64,000 nt of DNA. It comes from Stegostoma tigrinum (taxonomy: Eukaryota). The notes under the pieces are model-generated. The model worked only from the letters and a program-made list of their open reading frames with translations, did not search any database and was not told the origin of the DNA. The position numbers were made by a program, and so were the translations under genes. The DNA lies in NCBI RefSeq assembly GCF_030684315.1, contig NC_081396.1, forward strand, positions 1,550,001 through 1,614,000, written 5' to 3'. Below are positions 38,766 to 50,859 of this stretch, piece after piece; the stretch's first letter is position 1, and every line of letters starts with the position of its first letter.

Positions 38766-39749
38766 TCTGAAACCTTACCGTTTCTAAAGATTCTTAATGC
38801 TGGAGAGTGGGTGATCTATTTTGTTCCCTTGACATTTTTCAGCTGCGGACTGACAATCATTTTTACAAGACTTCTTCACATCCTCAACCATGCACAAAGC
38901 CCATGGATGATGAATTCGCTCTTATGAAGTAAACTCAAGGCCAGGATTGATAACTCTGCAGTAAAGGCAACGATTTCTGAGCTGTTTTTTAATCAAGGCA
39001 ATGTGACTGGTTCAAATAAACGAGTGGATGGAGCAAATTGGGAGTAACTGACCAGACTTGGATTTTAGGTATTTATTGAAAGTTGAAATTCCGTTTGCAC
39101 AGCCTCTGTTTCCCCTTGTCTCTGGTAGATTCCCCTACTATTAAAAAGAAAATGATGATTCTGTAGCCTCTCTTTCAGTTTATTATTATTTTTATATGAT
39201 TCTCTTTGTAAGCAGTGTCACTGTCAACGAATCTACTTTCATTATATTTTCAGGTCCACGTGCCCAGTTCATAACAACTAACGGATGCTATCGCTCTGTT
39301 TCACCAGTGGTTCTTTTCTAGCAAGTCAATGGGGAAGAGAGCAGTAGAAATCACAGATCATCACTCAGATTGGGGTTCATGGGGCTTGATGATCCTTGCA
39401 TTGAAGTCAGTGGTATTCATCTTTGATTGGAATGATTTGATCTGGACATGTAAATACTCTTCTCACATCCGTCCATTAGCATTAACTTGTGAGGAGGTGT
39501 TTTGATACAAACACAGAAGGCAATGACAATGGAGGTGAGAAAACAAATTCTCAGAATACGTCCATTGTGGATTGCCTTGTGAAAAAATGTGTTTTGGATT
39601 TCCTGGATGGGAAATTAAGAAAACAATAATTAAGCCAGAGATGATGGAAGATGCCAAAATAGCGATACATTCAATAATAACTAAAAATATCAGCTCCTCT
39701 CACTTATGCAAATACAGAACGAATATGGAAACGTTGAGTAAATATCTGG

Positions 39750-40200
39750 AGATGGGTCCTTTCCTGGGAAAAGATGTACTGGCGCTGGAGTGGATGCAGA
39801 GGGCATTCACGAGGTTCATTCTAGAGTTGAGTGCATGGGTGGAATGCCATTATACTCATTGTGATTTAGAAGACTTTGGGAAGGGGCGGGGTATGGTTGA
39901 TCTTCTAGAAACATAGAACATGATGAAATTAACAGATAAAATAAAATAATGGAGGCTGTTTCAAATGCCAGAATAAACTAAAATTGGGGAGCATAGCCTC
40001 AAAATAAGGGAGAGCACATTTAGGACTGAGTTGCAGAGCAATAACTTCACCAGAACTGTTGTGAAACTGTACAATATCTTGCTCAATGAAGTAGTTGAAG
40101 CTATCTTGTTGAATGATTTCAAGCACGAGGAGAGGAATAATTTTGATCAATAAAATAACTGTCAGTTGTGGTGAGCGAGTGAATAAATTTAGCTGAGCCC
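39750..40200 (+). mobile_element. Decayed CR1 fragment
   Basis: PFLGKDVLALEWMQRAFTRFI...gcatagcctcaaaataaggg. Confidence 0.7.
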
Positions 40201-40875
40201 ACGAAGAAGAGTCAATTCTTATGCACTTATTATCAAATTAGTATTAAAATATTCACCTCAGCTGCGTGGGCAGCACTGGTATTAATTCTGAATTCCATTA
40301 ATATTGTTATTAAAATTGAGAAGACATTGTCCAAACAAAACCTGACCATTGTCATCTGTTCCCAACACCTCCATATTAACCAGGAATTTTCCCCTCTGTT
40401 TCTCTCTGCACAGATGCTTCACGACATTATTAGTTTCTACAGTTGTTCCTGCTTTTATTTTGCTGCATTACCTGGTCATTTCATTTGCGAATGTATTGGC
40501 AGAAAGATTTTAATATTTGCTGATTTTATTTTGCTAACATTACGTGATTATAAACAATTGCTTGACAGATTATCAAAATTTGCCACGACTTAATTGACTG
40601 CAACTACTCATAGAGATGCATTGGGTAAATTTTCAAAAAACACTCATCATGCCTCAGTTAATCCAAATGAGCTATAATATCAAGACTGCGAAAATAAGTG
40701 AAATTGCACGTCAAGGAGATAAGAGACTATCAACGTTGTAATGTTCATATTTGTCGTGGGGAAACTTGATGCATTTGCACTGGCTATTCATCGTTATTCC
40801 TTTCTGAAGTTTGCAGGGTTGATTGAAACATTATTTCTCAGTCAGATTGTTACATTTTGAGGGTTGGTTTCTGGG

Positions 40876-41010
40876 ATCAGAGGTAATAGAAACTGCAGAT
40901 GCTGGCGAATCCAAGATAACAAAGTGTGGAGATGGATGAACACAACAGACCAAAGAGCATCATGCTGCTTGGCCTGCTGTGTTCATCCAGCTCCACACTT
41001 TATTATCTAG
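40876..41010. mobile_element. Short fold-back Penelope-terminus derivative
   Basis: gataacaaagtgtggagatggatgaacaca... and ...tgtgttcatccagctccacactttattatc form inverted arms. Confidence 0.8.
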
Positions 41011-42478
41011 GGTTGGTTTCTGGGATGTGTATGTGTTGGCATTCCAGCTGCCGCATTGTGAAGTGAATTGGCATGCATGTGGATATCTGTGATTAACCAA
41101 TGCTTCAATAGTAATGTTCACGTTTAGTGGTGCATTTTCCTTTTTCAAGTAATTGGTCAGTGTTCTTTTGAAAATTCCGATTTGAGAAATACAATCACAG
41201 AAGAGGTTCCGAAATTTCTGCAGTGCCTGTGCACAGTGAATGGGCATTAACAAAGTGTCCCTCAATCAATGGAAAAAAATAGGAAGACACTACTTATGAA
41301 ACCAATTAATACAGAAACTGATTTAAACACAATGTTTTCTAGTTTAGAAAGGTGTTAAAAGTGTGGAATTGTGGGGAACTATCCACACCACTCCTGGGAT
41401 ATTTTAATCCTCTCCAGTTACTCTCTTCCTGGGAAAAAAAAATGAAAAGAAGACAGAGAAGCAAATGTAGGAATGTTAATAATACCAAGGTGTCTCTTCT
41501 CTTTCCTTGCAAATCCACAATCTGAAGACTCGGGATCATTAAATGTGCTCTTTTCAGACAGACAGAAAGTGACGCTCAGCATGTAGGACTGAAACACTAT
41601 ATTAGATGCAAAGCATATTCAGATCTGTGCTAGAAATTCAATTTGAATTCAAGGGAGAGTATGTTTTCTCTAATCTTTTGTTCAGATACAACATAGTTTA
41701 TTGTCATAACATGAGGGATCTATGGATCACTCTGACAAAGTGGGCTATCAGTGTCAGTTAATAAGTTCATTGGCACACAAGGGAAAACTCGCTGGTGTCG
41801 CTGATAGCCGTGCCACGATAGTTAGACTAATAGCATTCAAGGTAACTATTTTTCCAGGAAAAAAAACACAATTGAAAATCATGGGCTTCAGGATTACATA
41901 GCATGTTTGAGCTTCCCCTCCAAATCAATCACCATTCTGATTTTGAACAGTATGTATTTTTTCAATGACGATGCGTGAAAGTCATTGAAATCCTTTGCTA
42001 AAAGCACTGTGGGCGTCCCTACATCCCAGATGAGTCCAGCCATTCAATATGCAGATTGACTTCGCTTTCTCCAAGGCAATTTAGGATAGAAAAATATTCA
42101 GTTTCTATCAACTGTCACTAGAGGAAGAGGAGATACCCTTGCACAATAGAGATACCAATTGTGAGCCACTGGCAATGAATTAACAAATTTGCATTGAGCT
42201 GAAGAATGTTCATTTCCAACAAGCGCAACAGCAGAAACTGCACGTGACTGAGAATTTCACTGGTGGCTATGGCTTGTTAATCTTCCTCCGATGACTATCT
42301 AAAGAGATTAGCTTTCTGCAGGTATGAGTTACATTCGCCATTAATGTTAATATTTAAAAGCATGTCTGCATTATCGCTGATCAGTGAATTTATCACTCAT
42401 CACTCTGGAAATTCTAACATGCAGTTGAGGGGCATTAAAACATTCAATAAGCTTGACATTATTCAAGTGTTTCATTGT

Positions 42479-44243
42479 ATTGCGCCCAAAGGTGCTAGCG
42501 AGTTTTGAGAAGATTTGTAGCTCAGGTTGAGGTTCTGGATGTGAGTTTGCTCGCTGAACTGGAAGGTTAGTTTTCAGACGTTTCGTCACCATTCCAGGTA
42601 ACATCATCAGTGATCCTCCGACGAAGCGCTGGTGTTATGTCCCGCTTTCTATTTATCTGGTTAGGTTTCCTTGGGTTGGTGATGTCATTTCCTGCGTTGG
42701 TGATGCCATTTCCTGTTCTTTTTCACAGGGGATGTTAGATTGGCTCCAAATCAATGTACTTGTTGATAGAGTTCCGGTTGGAATGCCATGCTTCTAGGAA
42801 TTCTCGTGTGTGTCTCTGTTTGGCTTGTCCCAGGATGGATGTGTTGTCCCAATCAAAGTGGTGTCCTTCCTCATCTGTATGTAAGGATACGAGTGATAGT
42901 AGGTCATGTCGCTTAGTGGCTAGATGATGTTCATGTAACCTGGTGGTTAGCTTTCTGCGTATTTGTCACAGTTCTTGCAAGATATTTTGGAAATGACGTT
43001 CGTTTTGCTTGTTGTCTGTATAGGGTCTTTTAAGTTCATTAGCTGCTGTTTTAGTGTGTTGGTGGGTTTGTGGGCTCCGCTGATGCCAAGAGGTCCGAGT
43101 AGTCTGGCAGTCATGTATTGTTGATGGCCTTGAAGGTTTCCTCTAATTTGTTTTGTTTAGTGATGACAAAGGTGTCACCCACGTAGTGGACCCAAATTTT
43201 GGGTTGGATGATTGGTAGAGCTGTTTGTACAGTCTCTGCATTACGGCCTTTGCTAAGAACCCTGATATCGGAGATCCCATGGGTGTACCCTTGGAGACCA
43301 TCAAGAATACCCTTACTGGCATAACATTCACAAAAGAGGAGGAAAACAACAACAAACTGCCATTCCTAGATGTCATAATAGAGCGAACAGCCAATGGGGA
43401 ACTTCAAACCAGCGACTACAGGAAAACAACACATACGGACCAAATACTGAACTACAGGAGCAACCATCCCAACACCCACAAACGAAGCTGCATTAGAACA
43501 TTATTCCAACGGGCCACCACACACTGCAGCACAGAGGAACTACACAGAGCAGAAGAAAATCACCTCTACAGCGTATTCAAAAAGAATGCGTACACTATGA
43601 ACACAGTCCGCCGATTCCTCAGCAATGAACCCAAACAAACATCAAAACACGCTCAGAAACCATAACCACTCTCCCCTACATCAAAGACATTTCCGAAATG
43701 ACTGCTAGACTACTCGGACCTCTTGGCATCAGGGTAGCCCACAAACCCACCAACACACTAAAACAGCAGCTAATGAACTTAAAAGACCTTATACAGACAA
43801 CAAGCAAAATGAATGTCATTTCCAAAATAACTTGCAAGAACTGTGACAAACACTACATTGGACAAACTGGCAGAAAGCTAGCCACCAGGACACATGAACA
43901 TCAACTAGCCACAAAACAACATGACCCACTATCACTCGTATCCTTACATACAGATGAGGAAGGACACCACTTTGATTGGGACAACACATCCATCCTAGGA
44001 CAAGCCAAACAGAGGCACATACGAGAATTCCGAGAAGCATGGCATTCCAACCGGAACTCCATCAACAAACACATTGATTTGGAGCCAATCTACCATCCCT
44101 TGAGAAAAAGAACAGGAAATGGCATCACCAACGCAGGAAATGACATCACCAACCCAAGGAAACCTAACCAGATAAATAGAAAGCAGGACGCAACACCAGT
44201 GCTTCGTTGGAGACTCACTGATGGTGTTACCTAGAATGGTGAC
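42479..44243 (+). mobile_element. Young Penelope-like element with inverted 5' duplicate; resumes at 49537-49590 after the Tx1
   Basis: RT C-terminus (NNKLPFLDV...YRKTTHTDQILNY) and GIY-YIG (TCKNCDKHYIGQTGRKLATRTHEH). About 42575-43115 is the reverse complement of about 43695-44243. The 13-bp direct repeat agtgtttcattgt at 42466-42478 and 49591-49603 brackets the composite. Confidence 0.92.
42577..42610 (-). ncRNA. Minimal type I hammerhead ribozyme core, intact
   Basis: The minus strand reads CTGATGA-T-GTTACC-TGGAAT-GGTGAC-GAAA-CGTC, with a 6-bp stem II and GUC triplet. Confidence 0.85.
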
Positions 44244-44451
44244 TGTTGTCGGGGAACAAACCTTCCAGCTCATTGAACCAGCTTACGTCCGGAACAAAAT
44301 AAAGACCCACTCTTTTGTGGACCAAGAGGAGGAGAGCGCCGTGTTGGAGGTGGAAGGAAGACGTCGGGTTGGCTGTGCACCCATGCAACCGGTGGTTCTT
44401 AATGCTGGCTTAGGCCTCACGCTGGCTAAGGGGAGCAGCCAACCTGCAACG

Positions 44452-45870
44452 ATGGCTGCGGCAAGTTCTCGTGCCCCAGGTCAGGGGATCCGGAACACCA
44501 TCTGCGTTTCCGTGAAGAAGTTGGATGAAGGTACACCTGTGGACCGCACCTTCTTTGTGAAGAGGGTCTTGTTGGACTATTGTGGGTTCGCTGCTGCAGA
44601 CATTTACTGCCTGCAGGATTTCTCCGGAGGAGGTTTTTACTATGTAACCTTCAGGAGTGCCAAGCTTTGCGAGCGCTTCCTGGAGGTTTTCAAGGAGAAA
44701 GGAGGTGAGGGCTCCCTCTCTGTATTGACCGCTCTCCCGCTGTTTGTGATGCCAGTGCAGAGGAGCCGTATGGTGACTGTACACATGTACAACCCACATG
44801 TGCCAGCAGTTGATGTCCTGACCTTTTTTGGAAGGTATGTGAAGGTGGAAGGGGAGCTAACTGACATCATGGGCCTCATTGGCATCTGGACAGGTAAGAG
44901 GCAAGTCAAGCTGACGCTGAGGATGGGCGCGGATGGGAACATTGTACACCCACCTTCCAGCTTCGCGATCGGCGGGAGCAAGGGCTACCTGACCTACGCA
45001 GGGCAACCTAAAGTCTGCCATGCCTGTTGTAGGTCAGGTCACGTGGCTGCCAACTGCAAAGCCACAATCTGCAGGAACTGCAGGGCGGAGGGATACCTTG
45101 CAAAGGATTGCCCACAAGAAAAAAGCTGCAACCTTTGTGGGGAAGCGGGCCACCTCTAGAGGGCATGCCCGCGGCGGGGGACCACCTACGCCCAGGTCGC
45201 TGGCAGGGGCAATGCGGGGGCCAGCCCCCCGGAGGAGAGGAAGGCACCAGGGCCCTGCAAGGACCCCACTAATGTGAAGGAGGGCCAGGTCGTGCAGGAG
45301 GGACGAGCCCCGCAGGATGGGCCCGAGGCCAGCAAAGTGCCCCTCCAGGCTCCGCTCCCGCCCGACAACCCAGAGTCAATTGAGACGGCGACAGGCACCC
45401 CAGGGGACTGGACGATGGTCTGGAAAGAGAGGAGGAAGGCGCGTCAGCAGGCCCAGGAACCGCAACCATCAGGCGGGAAAAGGCAGCTACAGGGGGGCTA
45501 TAAGATTTCCTCAATCGAGGGAGATTTGGAGGGCCCCGCCGAAAGCAGATGCTGAAGATCTCAAGGGAGAAGGAAAGCAGCACCCCGCTTCCCGGTGATG
45601 GGAGGCGTCCTGAGGCTCCCTCCGACACCCAGTCACGTGCTGCTGGGGCCCTGGAGGGCCCCCCCGGAACTTCCAGGCGGGAAGGAGGAAACTGCGTGTC
45701 CCCAGCCTGACCCAGAGTCAGACTCTCCTGCCTCTGTACCCCCGACGGGGGGATGCTACCCGGAAAGCAGCACGGATGGTTTCCGGAGCCCGGAGAGCAT
45801 CCAGCTGTTAGCCCGGCAATGGGCATGAAGGGACAGATGGAGGGGCTGGACCTTGGGCTTGCGGAGGGTA
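44452..45870 (+). pseudogene. Tx1 ORF1 (gag-like, three CCHC zinc knuckles), disrupted
   Basis: MAAASSRAPGQGIRNTI...YAGQPKVCHACCRSGHVAANC...CRNCRAEGYLAKDC...CNLCGEAGHL*. Stop at 45157; 3' end approximate. Confidence 0.85.
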
Positions 45871-45888
45871 CTGCGGCCACTGCCCACA

Positions 45889-48800
45889 ATGGGGGTACGA
45901 GTTGCGAGCATTAATGTGCGCAGTGTCAAGTACACCACAAGATGTGTGTCCACATTGACCTACCTGACCACCGTCAAGGCGGACCTCCTGTTTCTGCAGG
46001 AGTACAGGATACCGCATCTCAGCAGGTACGGGCAATGGTCCAGCACCTGGACCTGTGGGCCTTCAATCTGGTCGGGGGGTAACGACTGTCACTCCTCGGG
46101 CCTGGCTATTCTGCTGCGCGGGTGCAACTTCACCATCTGTCAAGTTCAGGAGGTGGTGGTGTGGCGCCTCCTAGTGGCTGACGTCACTTACAGCAACGCT
46201 CCCCTGAGGCTGATCAACGTGTATGCCCCAGTACGGAATGAGCGGTTTTTTGTCCTGCAGCGGCTTCCACCCCTGCCGATCATCCTAGGCGGAAACTTCA
46301 ACTGCATCATCGATGCAGATGGAAGATCCGGCGTGGGGACAGTGGGTGGGGGGAGTCAACTGGACGTCACGTCCAGATTCCTGATGGGCACGATGAAGGA
46401 CGCCAAGCTGCTCGACATCTTCAGCAACCCTGCAGTCGGAGCGCAGCGGACGTACGCCTGGTCGCGGCCAGACGGGTCTATTTGCTCAAGGATAGACTTC
46501 CTGTTTGTGTCACGGGCGTTCTCGGTCAGGTACACCGGCTTTCTTCTCTGACCACTGCCTCCTGCTGGCCGACTGTCACTTACATGGCGACCAGCCGGCC
46601 AGCAAGGGGACGTGGAAGCTCAACACGATTCTGTTGACCCCAGAGAACGTTGAGGAGCTTAAGAGGGAGTACGCCAGTTGGAGAACCGTGAAACACCTCT
46701 TTGAGTCTCCCGGCGACTGGTGGGAGACGGTGAAGGAGAACATCAAGAGATTCATTGTCCTCAAGTGTGTTCAGAAGGCGAGAGAGGCGGGGAAAGCTGT
46801 CGCGACTCCAGAAAAGGATGCAGAACCTGCTCCTCCTGCAGTTGATAGGGGTCGATGTCACGGAGGACCTCCGTGAGGTGAGGGGACAGCAAGCCTCGCT
46901 CTTCGCCGCGGAGGCCTCCAGGATAATCTTCCGGTCCAGGGTCAGCTCCGTGGAGTAGGACGAGACGTGCTCTCATTTCTTCTTTCAGAAGGTGCACAAA
47001 CAGGGCTCTGTGCTTAGCTGGCTGAAGGAGGACGACAGCTCGGTGACGTCGTCTCAGCCTGACATTTTGAGGATCAGCAAATCCCTCTATGTCGGACTGT
47101 ACGACACGAAGCCCACGGACAGCACGGCCTCCGAGTCGTTCCTGTCGTCTATCACGGAGGTCTTCCACGATGGCACGAGGGAGTGGCTGGACCGACCGAT
47201 ATCCCTGGATGAGCTGACCAGAGCCCTCAAGTCCTTGGAGAGGAATAGGACTCGCGGGAGCGACGGCTTACCGGTCGAGCTCTATTCCACTCCCTGGGAC
47301 CTGGTAGGCCAGGACCTGCTGGAGGTGTACGCTAGTGCACTTCAGGCAGGGGAAATGTGCAAGTGCATGAGGAAGGGCATCATCACCCTCATTTACAAGA
47401 TGAATGGGGAGAGGGAAGAAATTAAGAATTGGCGTCCGATTTCTCTATTGAACGTGGACTACAAAATCCAGGCCAAGGACATAGTCAACCGAGTCAGGTC
47501 TGTCCTGGAGTCGGTGATTCACCCTGACCAAACCTGTGCTGTGCTGTGCAGGAAGATCGCTGAGAGCCTCGCGCTCATCAGGGATACGATCGCCTACGTG
47601 CAGGGCAGCCGGGTGAACACCTGCCTCGTCAGCCTGGACCAGGAGAAGGCCTTCGACAGGGTCTCTGATGCTTACATGAGGGACGTCCTCTCCAAATTGG
47701 GGTTCGGGGACGGCATCCGCAATTGGATCCAGCTGCTCTACACCAACGTCGTTAGCACAGTCTCGATCAACGGGTGGGAATTGGACAGTTTTCCCGTCAG
47801 ATCTGGAGTCAGGCAGGGCTGCCCGCTCTCTCCTGCCTTGTTCGTGTGCTGTGTGGAGCCCTCGCCGCATCCATCAGGAAGGACGTGAGTCTGAAGGGCG
47901 TGAGTAACCCAGGCAGTGGAGGCCTTCAGGTCAAGGCCTCCCTGTACATGGACAACATCGCCGTCTTCTGCACTGATCGTCGATCGGTGAGAAGTCTGTT
48001 GGACATCTGCGGCTAGTTTGAACTGGCCGTGGGTGCCAATGTCAATAGGGGCAAGAGCGAGGTCATGTTCTTTGGGAACTGGCGCGACCGCTCCTTCATC
48101 CCCTTCACCGTCAGGACAGACTACCTGAAGGTGCTGGGTGTTTGGATCGGTGGAGCTGGGGCGTGCACTCCGACTTGGGAGGAGTGTATCACCAAACTGA
48201 AGCAGAAGCTGGGCAGGTGGACGCTCCGGTCCCCCTCCATTGCGGGTAATAACCTGGTTGTCAGGTGCGAGGGGCTTTTGGTACTGTTGTATGTGGCGCA
48301 GACCTGGTCTATTCCCTGGACCTGCGCCTCTGCAGTCACCCAGGCCATCTTCCACTACATTTAGGGTTCGAGGATGGACCGTATCCGCAGGGACAACATG
48401 TACAAAGACCCGGAAAATTGGGGAAAGGGCATACTGAATAACACCCTCGCCCTGACGACTACCTTTGTGTGCGGCTGCATCAAGATGTGCGCATTTCCTT
48501 AGTATGCAAACAGCAAGTGTCACTACTTACTGAGATTCTAACTGTCCCCGGTGTTGCGAAGGATGGGCCTGGCCTTGTTGCCGCGGAATGCTCTGAATGG
48601 TTGGACCGTCCTGTACCACCTGTCCTTCGCGGAGGAATTTTTGAAAGGAAACACCTTTGACCCCAAGTATCCTTGAGACCCTTCGGGAAAAGGAGAGGGA
48701 GGATCCCATCGTGTGGTTCCCCATGCAGACAGCCAAAGTCATTTGGCAGAATGCCTCATCGCCAGAACTTTCAAACAAGCACAAGGGCATTGCTTGGCTG

Positions 48801-49266
48801 GTGGTGAGAGGGGCTCTGCCCTTGAGATCCTTTATGCATGCCCGGAATTCCTGCACCACCGCACGTTGCCCTCGAGGAGGCTGTTGGCAGGGCGAGGGGG
48901 GCGGGGAACAAGACTGTCGATCACCTCCTTCTGCAGTGTCCTGTTGCGCAGGAGGTCTGGAGGGGAATGCAGTGGTATTTGTCGAAGTTCGTCCCGAACA
49001 GCTCCGTGACGCGGGATTCCCTGTTCTACGGGCTGGTTCCCGGGACGCACACCGAGACCAATATCAACAGCGCCTGGAGGACCATCAATACGGTGAAAGA
49101 CGCTCTTTGGTCTGCCCGCAACTTGCTGGTCTGCCAACTGAAAGAACTGATCCCGACCGAGTGTTGCAGGCTGGCGCACTCCAAGGTCCAGGACTACGTG
49201 CTGAGGGGTGCTCTAAAGCTTGGGGCAGCCACCGCCAAGGCGCGCTGGGGAAAGACCACCGTATGA
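45889..49266 (+). pseudogene. Tx1 ORF2 (APE endonuclease, RT, C-terminal CCHC), frameshifted
   Basis: VASINVRS...LFLQE...INVYAP...GGNFNC...SRIDF...SDH; NWRPISLLNVDYKI, SLDQEKAFDRV, GVRQGCPLSP, LYMDNI; CPRGGC...VDHLLLQC. Confidence 0.93.
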
Positions 49267-49956
49267 AACCACTCGTCCAGAATAGGAAAAAGGGCCCTAT
49301 CTGGTAACTGGGCCCAGCTGGCGCCTTCCCCAACTGGTCAGGTGGCCAACAGGGACTGTGTGGGTTGACGACTGCCGGGGTATTTTCTTTGCTTTGTTTT
49401 TTACTTTTTTTTTCCTTTTGTTGGTGTACGTCGTCCTTGGGTAACCCACAGTGGCTTGCATGACTGGGTAGGTGTATAAATATGTTTTATTTTTTGTACA
49501 TCTTATGAATACAGTATATTTTTTCAAATAAAAAAAGGTGACGAACCGTCTGAAAACTAATCTTCCAGCTCAGCGAGCAAATTCATATCCAGTGTTTCAT
49601 TGTTAGAATCGTGTGCCAGACCATTGCTTCACGAACCGAGTACTGCAGCGCCTTGTTTCAATGCAGGTTTACTGGACTGAAACCAGTTTTTGAGTTTTGC
49701 AAACCACCTCATCAAAGGAGCAGTGAAACACTTCGGGCCATCTGAATGGTATCAATATTTCATTCGTGTTTTTTAAATAATGACAGTAATACTTACAGTA
49801 TTAAATTATTTCAAAATATATACATAATGAAAACAAAAAATGTTTTGAGTTCAATTGAGAAGAATAGGTTCTCAGCTCAAATTCTGGAACTATTCCGGAT
49901 CGACCCTTGTTCTCACTGTGTGCCTGCCGCACTGTCAGGCTCACTGTCTCTCTAAC

Positions 49957-49995
49957 AGTTTTTGAACGTAGTCAGGCCAGGTCTCAGCCTCCGTG
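49957..49995 (-). promoter_or_regulatory. Recombination signal sequence, 23-bp spacer, non-consensus
   Basis: Minus strand CACGGAG (49995-49989), 23 nt, TCAAAAACT (49965-49957). Confidence 0.85.
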
Positions 49996-50511
49996 GGTCT
50001 CAAAGCGCAGTAATACACTACGGAGTCTGTTAGTTCTGTCTTCAATATATTCAGCTTGATCGTTCGGTTAATGTGATCTAATTCTGTGGAAAACCTGTCG
50101 CCTGGAAATCTCTCCGTGTTCCCACTATATTGGCTTCTGTATAAGAGAAACTCCATGGAGCCGCTTAAACGTTGATAGTACCAGAAAAGGTAAGGCGTGT
50201 TGCTTGTTGTAGCGTAATTACAAAACAGCTGGGCATTATCTTTCTCATTCACTAGGATTGAAGCTGGCGCCTGAGTGACAGAATCTCCGCGACAAAGCAC
50301 TGTAAAAAACAAGGAGTAATCGGAATTTTTTTTTAAAAAAATCAATTTTGTAAATTGCCCACATTTGACCCTTCAAATTGAACCAAAGCATGAGAATTAA
50401 TAAGAAGGATCAGTTTCTGAAAAAAAAACTTCAGCAATCCAAAAAATAATTCAAGGTAGTAAAACAGCCGCAACCTGAAAAGCAAATCAGGAAAGCTAAA
50501 CAAAAAGCCAT
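49996..50511 (-). CDS. TRAV: TCR alpha/delta variable gene segment (TRAV-like), open frame; exons 50511-50475 and 50299-49996
   Basis: Leader MAFCLAFLICFS with donor GTTGCG (leader less certain), acceptor ttttttacag. Exon LCRGDSVTQAPASILVNEKDNAQLFCNYATTSNTPYLFWYYQRLSGSMEFLLYR...FPGDRFSTELDHINRTIKLNILKTELTDSVVYYCALRP. Confidence 0.93.
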
Positions 50512-50859
50512 TTTTCGCAATGCAGCAAATGCCACTGGAAAGAGCTTCGATAGGTTAAATAGAACTTCCTTAATAAACATGTCATAAATTCTATTGAAGT
50601 TATTTCACAATTCATCTGTGCAACTTGAACGAAAAACTGTTTAAGTCAGTGAGTTTAAAGCTCCTGTTCCTGTCACTGCATGTTAATGACCTCAGTCCTG
50701 GTTAGGTTTCCATCCTAATTCTTCTGCTGTCATCGACTTGAGGACATTCACTAACATCCCCTGAACATGCTCGGCGTTTAATCCAAATGATTACTTTCAT
50801 TTGCAGCGAACGTATTGCTGCTTCTGTTTTAGTGAAACTGATCGAGTAAGTCTAATTCC

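Larger units (their letters stand above)
44244..49536 (+). mobile_element. Near-full-length Tx1-clade non-LTR retrotransposon
   Basis: GC-rich 5.3 kb with ORF1, ORF2, T-rich 3' UTR and A-tail (49526-49536); direct repeat ggtgac at 44238-44243 and 49537-49542. Confidence 0.92.

Noticed and set aside
44410-49333. Long antisense and alternate-frame ORFs in the Tx1 region
   Set aside because: Shadow ORFs of GC-rich retrotransposon coding sequence.
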